Position numbers and translations under genes: made by a program. Shown here piece by piece: positions 38,382 through 50,200 of a stretch of 64,000 nucleotides of DNA. Below the pieces are notes generated by a model. The model was not told the DNA's origin. It saw only the letters and a list, made by a program, of their open reading frames with translations, and searched no databases. Numbering within the stretch: position 1 is the stretch's first letter; every line of letters starts with the position of its first letter. The stretch spans positions 14,694,001 to 14,758,000 of the forward strand of contig NW_025964001.1 of NCBI RefSeq assembly GCF_023055435.1. Reading direction: 5' to 3'. The stretch is from Haliotis rufescens. Lineage: Eukaryota.

Positions 38382-38810
38382 CTGAATCAAATTAATGTAA
38401 CCCTTAGGACAAATACGTTAATTGTCAAAATAAGAGATGCTGCTTTGAACAGTATTTCAGTTATATCACGGAGTGTCAGCTTAATAAAGGAGGAAAGCCC
38501 AAAGTGATGCAGGTTTCATATGTTTACCCCTTTGGTAAAACCAACGAGCACAAGCATGGTGCTGACAAACCTAGTAACATAATCGGAGAGAACCGGGATT
38601 CGAACCCACGATCATAGGTCTGGCCTGCCCAAGGGATGCAACACTGCAACTCTGCATTGCAAATGGCAGCCCCTGAGATGACTGGGCCACCTGTGCCCCT
38701 GATGAGAGCCCAGAGTGATGCAGTAGATGTTTAGCACTTTCTCATATTGCAGTCAATCCAAAGTGATGTCTTAATTAATATCAACCACGTGCAACACCTC
38801 AAAGGACACT

Positions 38811-39082
38811 AGACCCGTGAAGATTCCGGGGTAGAATAGGTCTTCAGCAACCCATACTTGCCGTAAAAGGTGACTATACTTGTTGTAAAAGGCGACTAAC
38901 GGGATCGGGTGGTCAGGCTCGCTGACTTGGTTGATGCATGTCATCGATCCCAATTGTGTGGATCGATGCTCATGATGTTAATCACTGGATTGTCTGGTCC
39001 AGACTCGATTATTTACAGACCGCCGTCATATAGCTGGAATATTGCTGAGTGCGGCGTTAAACAAGAAACCAACCAACCAAAT
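38811..39082 (+). mobile_element. SINE family 1, full length
   Basis: TSD tcaaaggacact. Confidence 0.88.
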
Positions 39083-39119
39083 CAAAGGACACTGAAGGGC
39101 AGTCAAAACTTGGTCTTAC

Positions 39120-39276
39120 TCTGCAGGGCCTCCCACACGATGAAGTCAGCGATGGTGAAGTTGTGGCCGACCAGGAAGGTGATGGAGCCAAGCACGTTGT
39201 CCAGGTACTGGATGGCATCCGCGAAGTCTGACGCACAGGACAGCTGACCTCCAGCGAACTGGATCCAGTGGTCAAC
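39120..39276 (-). CDS. EPRS1: EPRS exon 4 (VDHWIQF...TFLVGHNFTIADFIVWEAL)
   Basis: GST C-terminal motif FLVGxxxTIAD; ccag|...|gtaag. Confidence 0.93.
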
Positions 39277-39784
39277 CTGGACAAGTCAAATCAGGTCATA
39301 TCTTAACATCTGTAACCATGGTAACAACAATGCACTGAAACTGTTCGTCCAGACGTTGGATTTCCTGCAAACACTGTTCCACACAAGTCCGAGCAGTCAT
39401 CAGGGCCGAGTCATTACAAACTTTCATCATTATTATGTGTAGAGTCGATACAGCCTTGAAACACAAACTGATACAAGGATAGCTGTGTTGTTAGGCTATA
39501 ATAAATTAATTGCTTGAATATCATCCACTTTTGTTCCAAAAGTGGGGAGGGAGGCTTTTTATTTATTATTTGCTAAAATAAAATATTTTTTAAAGTCATC
39601 AAGTTATAGACTGGACACCTTGATATGAGCAAAAGGTGACTGAAATAACAAAGATAACAAATAAACATTGATTTCAACAGTACCAGTCCGATGTATCTGT
39701 GTCAAACCTATTTACGTTTTCACTGAATTTATCCTCAATTGATGATAACTTGTCATGTTCCCAATAAGCAAACTCACAGACTCT

Positions 39785-39969
39785 GAGTGAGTGAGTGAGT
39801 GAGTGAGTGAGAGTGAGTGAGTGAATGTGGTTTTATGCCGCTTTTAGCAATATTCCAGCAATATCACGGCGGGGGACACCAGAAATTGGCTTCACACATG
39901 TCGGGAATCGAACCCGGGTCTTCGGCGTGACGAGCGATCACTTTAACCACTAGGCTACCCGACCGCCCC
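39785..39969 (-). mobile_element. SINE family 2 (others near 21457, 36811, 41400)
   Basis: A/B boxes; TSD ctcacagactc. Confidence 0.88.
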
Positions 39970-40249
39970 TCTCACAGACTCCTCTGGTGTTTTCAAAATA
40001 GTGAGCACCATCTTGACAGCTGACAGCAAGCAGACGACAGGCAGGCACACAACAAGAGTCAGTTGTAGGCCAGTTTAATCCTTGTCATAAACATGAATTA
40101 ATTTGTCAGGGGGTTTAGTCATGAGTCGGGCTGGGATGATAATCTAGCAATTAATTTATTATGCCCTTATGTCAGGTTAATATTCGCATTACATAGGGGA
40201 GTCATGACAACCCTATTATTACAAATGACTATTTCAAATGAAATCCCAC

Positions 40250-40349
40250 CTCAGTTTTCTCCAGAACAGGTCCCCCTTGAAGTCCGGCTGCTGGGAATGC
40301 TCGGGCCAGATAGCGACAAATGGAGGGGCAGAAAGTGAAATTCACATCC
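40250..40349 (-). CDS. EPRS1: EPRS exon 3 (DVNFTFCPSICRYLARAFPAAGLQGGPVLEKTE)
   Basis: SIxRYLAR motif of the EPRS GST-like domain; tacag|...|gtggg. Confidence 0.92.
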
Positions 40350-40909
40350 CTGTAAACAAGAAAACATTTTACATTATTTAACTTCTTGTTTTGCTGTGAC
40401 TCTAAAGTCTCATTTAACGCAAATACTGTTTGCATTTTGTTTAACACTGCCCTCAGCAATATCCCAGCCATATGACAGTATTTAGTAATCGAGTCTGGAC
40501 CAGTCAATCCAGTGATTGACATCATGAGCAATGATTTACACAATTGGGACATGATAATGTGCATCAAGTCAGAGAGACTGAACACCTGATCGTGTTAGTC
40601 GCCTCTTATGAAAATAATGGTTTGCCACAGACAAATTTTAACCTAATTTTCATGAGGACTAATGCAAATAACGATGAGTGAGTGAATGTAGTTTTATGAC
40701 ACCACATTATTCCATCTTAATCATAGTGAATGGAGGACAGTCATGTCCTTGTCAGATGGACCAAACCTGATACCCTAAAAACCAATTGAATCACACATTT
40801 CTTTTAACTTTACAACCAAACAAACTTAAAAAATGTTGAACTTCCTCTAAACATGTTAAATTTTGCTTTTAAGTTTTAATTTAAAACTTACACAGGCAGT
40901 TCTACTTAC

Positions 40910-40997
40910 TTGTTGACTGTGAGGCTGTTGGAGGGACCAAACTCCCAGCTTACGTCCTCACCCTTTGCCTTCAAATACTCAACCGCAACGATTGCAG
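40910..40997 (-). CDS. EPRS1: EPRS exon 2 (GST-like domain; AIVAVEYLKAKGEDVSWEFGPSNSLTVN)
   Basis: ttcag| ... |gtaagt, 88 nt, frame continuity. Confidence 0.85.
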
Positions 40998-41687
40998 CTG
41001 AAATCAAAGTCAACACCATTCATACAAGTTATTCTTTACAAATAATACCACCACAAAAATTATAAACACTGCCTTCAAACAAGGACGTATGAGGTTCCTG
41101 GCTCTGTAGTCTTTGGTTTGGGTTTGTTGTTAAACGCTGCACTCAGCAATATTCCAGCTATATGACGGCGGTCGGTAAATAATCGTGTCTGGACCAGACA
41201 ATCCAGTGATTGACATCATGGGCATTGATCCTTGCAATTGAGATACAATGACATGCATCAACCAAGTCAGTCAGCCTGACCACCTGATCCCGTTAGTCAC
41301 CTCTTACGACAAGCTCTGTAGTCACCTGGTCTTACTGTTTTATAAGACATGGATTTTTTATTTTATGAGTGATTTTGATATTCTAGGAGTGGGTGGGTGG
41401 GTGAGTGAGTGAGGTTTTACGCCACTTTTAGCAATATTTCAGCAATATCACGGCAGGGGACACCGGAAAATGAGCTTCACACATTGTACCCATGTGGGGA
41501 ACCGAACCCGGCTCTTAGGCATGACGAGCCAACGCTTTAACCACTAGGCTACCCTACAGACCCGATAACTGTGTAGAAGCAGAAATTAGGTATAAAATCT
41601 GTTTGAAAACAAACACTTCTCCAAGTGGAGATTATTACTAATACTACAAATGACTACTGTACTATATTATTGTATCTATGTTTTATA

Positions 41688-42437
41688 AATCTCATTAAAA
41701 TCAGATCTTAGTTCCAGATACCGCTAAATAAAGATCTGAAGACGTCCCATTACAGGTTATGTCAAAACACCTTTCATCCAGCAAGATCAGAAAAGTAACT
41801 ATCGGAAAGTGTTTTCTAATCATGCAACCTAAAAAAGGTTAACAGTGTATTCCGAAAGGACAGTTATGGGTTGTACGACTGAATCCGTCAAAATCATCAT
41901 CTCTCTCTAGCCTCAATGGGATAAACATTTGAAACTAAGAGATTTTACATAGCCTGTGGGAAGTTCTGACCGACAATCTAGGCCATCTATTAGACATTAC
42001 AGAATGTTCTTTTGCTCAGTTTTTAACTTTTGAATCGAGACCTGTAATGGGGTGTCCTCAGATCTTTGGTTAGTGTTAGCGAAAACTAAGATCTGATTTA
42101 CCGTATTCGACGTAATAAGCGCCCACAGCGATATTTGCTAATATTGGCTTGTGAACAATCCCAATTAGCACCCCTTCCTATTGATCAATGTACACAAGAC
42201 CTTTTTACTTGTGTATAATACGCACTTGTGTGTAATATGCACCCTCAATTATGGGCAATTAAACTCTGGAAAAATATATATGTTGTATATAAATATTTCA
42301 GGCTGTCAGCATAAACCACAAAATTTATCTTTCAACTCTGTTTTTTTTCACCAAAATAATATTCTTATAAGAGCCCCCTATTTCTAATTTTGAGAGCACT
42401 CTGGGTGCTTATTACGTCGAATACGGTAAATGAGATT
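41688..42437. mobile_element. Outer TIR element interrupted by the 42101 MITE
   Basis: aatctcattaaaatcagatcttagtt…cccattacagg vs cctgtaatggg…aactaagatctgattta[MITE]aatgagatt. Confidence 0.75.
42101..42426. mobile_element. MITE with ~25-bp TIRs and TA TSD (Tc1/mariner-pogo type)
   Basis: ta|ccgtattcgacgtaataagc ... gcttattacgtcgaatacgg|ta. Confidence 0.9.
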
Positions 42438-45400
42438 GATGTTTCAAGGACAAGTTCGTTAATTAATGTAGAGTCCGAGTAACTCTGCATCCCTTAAAAA
42501 TAATGGAGGCCCATTATATCCCAGGATATTCCCTTACTTACTTCCAAACACATCCCTACTTTTACACTTTGACAAAACCGTCTCTTGTGGAAAATATTTC
42601 AAATAAAAAAAGAACTCTTTGTCGCCTGTATTTATACTGTGCAAGCCGCCCATGCGTCGTGCACGAGGAATATGCTCTCTGCTGTTGTTGCACTGCAACA
42701 AGCTCCGTCGCAAGCTGATATTTATAATGCATGGTACACGGCGCTTCTTAATTTCATGGGGTCGAAAACTAGTATTTTATAAATCAGTTGCACATAAATA
42801 CATGCTGACTGGGATAACAGGAATTATAGTGCCCTGAACAAGGATATATATGTTTACCAGATTGCTTTTCTCATCAAAGGTTTATCTAATTACTTAAAAC
42901 ATGTTAAATATGAACATTGTTATACTTATAGGTAACCTGCTGCAATACAACATTACCATGATTATATACTTGTTAGATTTTTTAGCTTTTAAGGATAATG
43001 AATTTTTTTTAAACTATATAAAAGTTAATTCCGAATCCTGTTCCCATGTCGCGATCATAGAGGTCGGCAATGAGACGTCCTCAAATCAAACAATGCAGGT
43101 TTGAATCCCACTGGCAACACATTTTCCGACAAAATTTGAAATCATTCACTTGTCAAAATACAAAAAAATTACTTCTGTCTATTCCAAGTGTAAATTAATT
43201 GAAATGTTGGTTGAAGATATAATTGACAAACAACTCTCCATTCCTGAAAAATAATGGAGCATTTAAACAATAGCATGACGTTACAGATGGGTTTTTAATA
43301 CAAATGAAATCACACTTTAGCTGTCCTTCACAACACAAACTTCTAAACGCCACTCAAGGAATTGTTTCATCAATTTTGAAAGAGCTTCATTCCATACAAC
43401 AATAACAAGAATCATCAGGAGATGACATATCCCCCCTGTCTTGTGCAATTTGGAAATGGACTTAGTCTACTTACACCCCTCTTTTGGTTCATTGCCATTG
43501 CACACCTTCAGTTCAGTGAAGAAAAAATGAATGCTGTATTTTTCAACATCCCAAATTTTCAAAAGGTACTAGTTCACCACAAGACTGATCTGTATCGCAT
43601 GTTTCATCTAGAAATATTTAACTGTTTTGGAGTTCTGCTACGGAAACAAACACAAGTTTCATTTTCAGTTAAGTCCAACTTGTTGTCATGAAACATATTT
43701 TTTGTTTAAAAATACAGCTCTCAAATCATCAAAAGGCACCAGTTCAACACTAGCCTCATCTGTATAGCACGTTTCATCTAAAAGTATTCAACAGTTTTGG
43801 AGTTCTGCTCTGATTGAGCAATACCCTTCATTGGAATACAAATAACATAAAATTGACCTGAGATATTTTTCTAGATTTACACCAGTCAATTACTATTCCA
43901 GTATAATAATAATCATGATAATAATAACAGTGATCATAAAAATAATTGACGAGCGAAACATGTGACAGATGCTGTTAATGACAATATTCTGCCATGTACT
44001 CTTTGATAGACATTTCGATAATTTTCTGCTGTTTCTGCGATACATGTTTTATAACAACCAGCCCTGTAATACATGAATAAACAAGTACCGTAATCTGTAA
44101 ATGAAATCTAATGATAGATAAACCACATGCTGCATAAGGCTCTTCTAATATTACACATATTCTTATTTTCAAAAAGCTTGACTTATATCTGACACACAGA
44201 TGTATTGTCCGTCTGCATATCTAGCCTGGAAGAGGGACGAAAGTCCATTTAGACAAATTTAATATGAATATTAAACCAACTTCAATAAGATAATAGATAC
44301 ATGCTGAATGGGATTATAGGAAGTATAGAGCCCTGAACAAGATATATGTTTACCTGCATCTTTTTCTCGCCAAATGTATATCTAATTACTTTAAAAATGT
44401 TAAATATGAACATTGTTACAGGTAACCCACTGTAACACAACAGTATCTACTTGTTATTTTTCTAGATTATAAGGATTATGTTAATTAACAACAAGCGTTA
44501 AGTTAATTTCGAATCATACTCTTATGGTAATAGATAAGAACTGTTAGAACTCTTAAGGTGAGGGGATGTGAAAATGGGTTTGACGTCGTGTCCAAGATTA
44601 TTGCACTTATATAGCAACGTGCATGCATGTGTGTGTGTGGCTGCTTGTACTAGACCGGACTGATGCCGATTTATAGTGCTAGCCCACTGAGATACCATGC
44701 CGCAGTAATACCCCACTCAGACACAGTACACTGACTCCGAGCCGACCAGTCCTTGTTTTATCCCCATAATGCCGAGCGCCAGACAGGGTAACAACAAGTA
44801 CAATCTTTTAACGTCTTTTGGTATGACACAGCCGGGGATCGAACCACAGACCTTCCGCTCTCCGGTTAGACGCTCTTCGACTAGACCACAGAGGCGGTCG
44901 AGGTTGAGTGAGTGTGAGTGCAAGTTTTATAATGCTTACCCCCTTAAAGGCCACACTGCAGTTTAAACATGGATACCCCACTCAGACAAATGGATTATAT
45001 GAGCAAAATAGTAGCTTTAAGTGTCAATGAAAACAACAATGGGTAATAATACCTGAATTTAGGTAGCTAAGAAAAAGGTAGATAGATTGGATTTACACTG
45101 ACTGTTGATTGGTCTTTGATATCTTAATAGATTTCATGGAGCAACTTTAGAGTACAGTACATAGTAGAATGATTCATAGTTGTAAAATAAATATATATCC
45201 AACTGATAGATTGTTTTTATTTAAGAGCTTTAACTTTCACTTTAGCTTTAATGCTTAATTGAATTGACAATTGGTTGAAGTGAGTAAGTTGGGTTTAACA
45301 CTGCTTTGAACAGTATTCCAGTTATATCATGGCGTGTTAGCTTAATGTGGGAGGAAAGGACAATTACTTGAAATAATTTGTGATGCATTGCAGCTTTTTA

Positions 45401-47111
45401 TTTTGAATGTCTTTCTTTATCATATGTAAGTAACAGCAGTTTTGCTTGTACTTGTAGAAGGGTTGTAGCAGTGAAGGAACCAAGTGGGTTTAGGTCAATG
45501 TAGGCAACGGAAAGTTTCAGAACCCTGACTGCTTCATTGGCTGTATCCTGGGGTACAGTGTGGGATTGCTGCACAGTCCCTTCATCTTCGTTGCCAGTTT
45601 ATTGAGCATGCTCAATCAACTGATCATCAGTATTACTCTCTGTGATGGGGAGGTTGTCATCACATGTCGCCAGACTTGGACTGAAGTTGGATCAACATCA
45701 AGGGCATTTACGCTGGAATAGTCCCAGTACTTGGCAACCGCATTGGTGACATTAGTTTCTATGAACCCCCCGAAGTCATTGAACCTATCGCTTAGTCCTT
45801 TTTTCCCAACAGTTCTCAGTCGTTGTGGTTGTAATTTGTTTCCATGCACAGTTGGTCCTGAATATCTCATCTTTCATGGTCACAGTCTTTTTGTGATTGG
45901 TTTTCTACAACTTCTTGTGAGGACGATCTCAGCCGTAGGTCACACGTCTCAAAAACATTTACAAGATTATTGCACTTAAAAAGCAACATGCTTGCATGTG
46001 TTTGTGCATTTGGGTGGGTGTGTATGTGTGTGTTTTATAATGGTAGCCAACTGAGAGACCATGCTGCAGTTTAACATGGATACTCAGACACAGTTTACTA
46101 ATCCGTGCCAACCATGCCTTGTTTTGTCCCCTTAAATACACGTCCATAGGCATGCGGCACTGGGTCCCACGAGTCATTTTTACACCCAACAACCTAGGCA
46201 AGATGGTAACTCAAAGCTAGCCTTGCTCGCCTTGAAAGTTTGCAGGCTCGCATCTGTAAGTACATGCTGGACATGGATTCCTGAAGCAGGAAAGTGATAT
46301 TCCTATAACACCAGGCCCATATATATTAATAGTCTATTTATATATATGAGTCTGGTGTTTCAGGAATATCACTAGCCTGCTTCAGGGGCCTGTGAGCATT
46401 GTGATGCTGGAGTAAATAAACATTAGCCTATCAGATTTATTTCAATCTGTGTCATAAACATTTAGCCTACAGCTCTATAATCACATGGGTAGCTCTTGCT
46501 GCCTGGTAAATTAGTCACATATCAATGTCTGATTCAAAATTGTCAGTGTAGCAAAGACATTTTCTACTTGATAGTCGGGTTGTTAGGAATAAACACTACC
46601 TATCCTGACTGAAATGTTACCAGTCATGAGGTAGCTGACAGGATGTTATTTCAACCACTGGAAATCTCTGCATTTTATTTATGATAAGACATTTTGTGAC
46701 AACTATAGGCAGTTATAACAACGCAACATATGCATACCATATTTTGCAAATGTTTGCTTTCTCACAAGGTGGCTTGATGGCATAAACCATGGACCCTAAG
46801 TCGTATTAAGTGTCCATGCATAAACAAACATCCTAAATAGAACCGATTTCACATTACAACTTGGAAATGTCTCCAATTAGCTCACTCCTCTTATTTGATC
46901 CGTTTGATTCACTTCCACATTTCATAAAACGAATTGCAGACACAACAGAATGGAAACCTAAGGAGACAAATCTTGTTTTGTGACAGTAGAAAATTGTGAT
47001 CGAAAACCAGACAATAGGTTGAACTAGAAGAACACGTGCCCGTTCCGATGGCATCTAGCCGGTTCATATTAGACTAATCAATAATTAAACACTTTGGCGT
47101 ATATGTGTTAC

Positions 47112-47157
47112 CTGCAGCTGGCTTGTCTTTGCTTATGACCACCTTGAGAGCCATCAT
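47112..47157 (-). CDS. EPRS1: EPRS exon 1 (MMALKVVISKDKPAA)
   Basis: ATG, donor G|gtaac; 46 nt, phase 1 joins exon 2 in frame. Confidence 0.8.
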
Positions 47158-47222
47158 GTATCAATCAGCAGAATTTGTAAGAGCAGTATCTGATGCTACC
47201 TTCTTAAAGCCCTGGACAGGCA

Positions 47223-47238
47223 CCGGAAGTGATGAAAA
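47223..47238. promoter_or_regulatory. EPRS proximal promoter: ETS motif overlapping a C/EBP-ATF-like element
   Basis: CCGGAAGT + TGATGAAAA about 70 bp upstream of the ATG in a CpG-rich patch. Confidence 0.45.
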
Positions 47239-50200
47239 CATTTGCAACGTTCGGGTATTTCCGTAAAAAGCGCTCGCGATGGGCATACAGTTGCATGTGG
47301 CAAAAGATAATGTTGCTGATTGCGCGATCATGTCGTCATCATCTTATGTTTTCCCACGATGTAACAACGTGCAAGCATCGATAGAACAATGCGTGTCCGC
47401 CACTTATAATATATAATGATATGTTGATAAATTTAACATAGGATTAAGACTCCCCGATTATGTTTCTAGGTTTGTCAGCACCATACCCGTACTCGTGGGT
47501 TTCACCGAAGTGGTAAACGTCTGAGACCTGCATCACTTCGGGCTTTCCTCCCAAATTAAGCTGACACGCCGCGATATAACTGGAATACTGTTAAAAAAGC
47601 GGCTTTAAACCCAACTCACTCACTCACTTCAAAAATGGTGAAATCCACTGATTTGGTACTGACAAACCTAGAAATATAAACGGATCGGGATTCGAACCCG
47701 CAATCATACGTTTCTGGCGTGCCCACAGTACTCTTTAACAGCGAATTGCGGTGCCTTAACGTGCCCCCACTGTTTCTAATAGGTCATTGGTATCTAAATA
47801 AGTGGCAGCTTAAATATGATGGCACTAAAAGTACAGTTATAATGTTCGTTAACGGGAACAAACCAGTTGATGCAAGTAATATCCCGTAAGTGGCCTCTTA
47901 CGACAAGCATACATAGTCGCCTTACGCATGGGTTGCTGAAGACCTATTCTACGCCGGATCTTCACCGGATCATTTATTATAAGAGGGGTATGGGTAGGGG
48001 AATATGAGAATTACAACCCCCCCCCCCCCCCCCCCACACACACAATCATTTACATGTAGCATTGTTTTTAAGAGTTATTGAAGACTGCATTGGTTTTATG
48101 TCTGATCAGTCTTTCATTGATAAATGTGCTCTTCTATTCTTTAGTAAACTACTCAGAACATATTTGTTCTTCTTCACAATTATGTTATTATATAAAAAAA
48201 ATCGATAAATGTGTGTATCGAATACCTAGCAAACAATTACGTGGATCGATGCTCATGATATCAATCACTGGATTGTCTGGTCCAGACTCGATTATTTACA
48301 GACCGCCGTCATATAGCTGGAATATTGCTGAGTGCGGCGTTAAGCAACAAACCAACAAACCAACTGGTCAGATATGATGACAGTATTTTATTGTATTGTA
48401 TCGCCAACTTCGGAGGAAATCTATTTGTCTATCTGTCCTTCCATAAAGCCATCCATCTGATTAAAAGTATTCCTCCTGAATATACCTCACTAATTAGGAC
48501 TGTCCTATTCTAGCCATGGGTGCTGTCTTTAGTACCAATGTCTACTCTCCACTGGCTGACAACTGGCTGACAACTGGCTGACAACTGCCCGTCTGACAAA
48601 TGGGAGATAACCGTTACGAACTTATCTGACAGTTTGCTTCTAAATTCCTGTATAATACATAGCAAAGAGCAACAGCTGGGCTCTTGCCTGATGTGTAAAC
48701 ACATTGAACAGATTATTAATCATGTTCCGTAAAACAACCCTATATCATTTCCGACTTGCTACCTTGAAACACGCAAATAAAAACTTTAATACATCATGAA
48801 TAGCATGGGGAAAGACATTTGCATTTAAAACAAAATATTGAAAAAAAACACAAAAACAAACTTGACTGCCTCGGATAGACGCCGGTTCAAAGGACCTTAG
48901 AAATAAACACAACACGACGCTTATCCGATCATTGCTTCTGTAGTTCGCAGGTAAACAAACTGTAACAGGAAACACAGATGCAAGGTATGAACCTGGTGAC
49001 CAAGCGCTCTCTGTAAGCACAACATTAGGACAATTTAGAGAGAGAGGGTGATAAACATATGTTAGTGTCGCACATCACATCGTTTACAAGAAAATGTAAA
49101 ATATAGATGACAGTTGACGATACACCACACGCGCTCACGCGCAGGCACGCACGGTTAAACAACATTTAAGGAAAGTTAACTTCCATTAATAAATTATTAT
49201 TGCTTCATTAATCACTGAAGCGTACATAAAAGTTCTTGCACTACCTGCCGTCACGAAAAGAATTATTCATAATACTGGAATTCAAAGCGTCTTTAACTAT
49301 ACTTGATATTTTGTATAAATAGGCTCCATAAACAGTTCAAGTTTAACGAAACGATAAAAAAAATGCTTTAACAAATTGATAATGCATATATTTCCGATAC
49401 AATTACCCACAATTAAGTCCTATGTATAGTCCAAACTTATCATCGCCAAAGACTCTAGGGGATTAAAAAAGCGAAATAAATACTTAACATTTATTGATAC
49501 GACTGGCGCATTGCATGTTTACTGCAATGTGACATAGCTTTCATTCATAAAATAATGTGTTTATAGTGTACTTAATAACCATATATGTACGACTGAATGG
49601 TAGAACATTAAATACTGTTGAGAATGCACTTTGACTATATACCTGTTTCACTAAATTAAATGTATGAAATAGGTACATTTAAAAATGGAATATTATTTTT
49701 ATGTTGTTGCGTTCATATAAAACATTAAATAATCTCAAATCTGAATACTTTTTGTAATAACAAAACTTGAAAGTATATTTAGCATGCAACTGCACCCAGA
49801 CCATCGTTAAAGATTACTTTCCATTTATAATGAGCAACAGTGATGTGACTAATCCCACGTGCCTCATTCTTTAAACACGCCTATGAGCCCCGTACCCGTT
49901 AAACAGCTTTATTCCAGTCGTGCATCTATAGATTCGGGAACGTGATCTTGTAAGTATAATGAGGCGTGCCAGGTGTTATACTCATGGGTTTTAAGGCGTG
50001 TGTGTACGTGCCAGTCGACACGAACGCTGGTATATGAGCCGGTTTGCAGGTATTCACATATATTGTTTAAACTTGCATGCATGCATTATTGAATAGCACA
50101 AAGAGTGCACATATATTTCCCCCTTTGAGTCAATATTACCGATATCACGCCTCTTAAAACGAGGGTTAATGAACCGGCTGTAAAATCCCCTGTGTAGGAC

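Noticed and set aside
45616-45979. Overlapping ORFs in a GC-richer patch of EPRS intron 1
   Set aside because: No recognisable domain or splice structure; possibly a decayed element.
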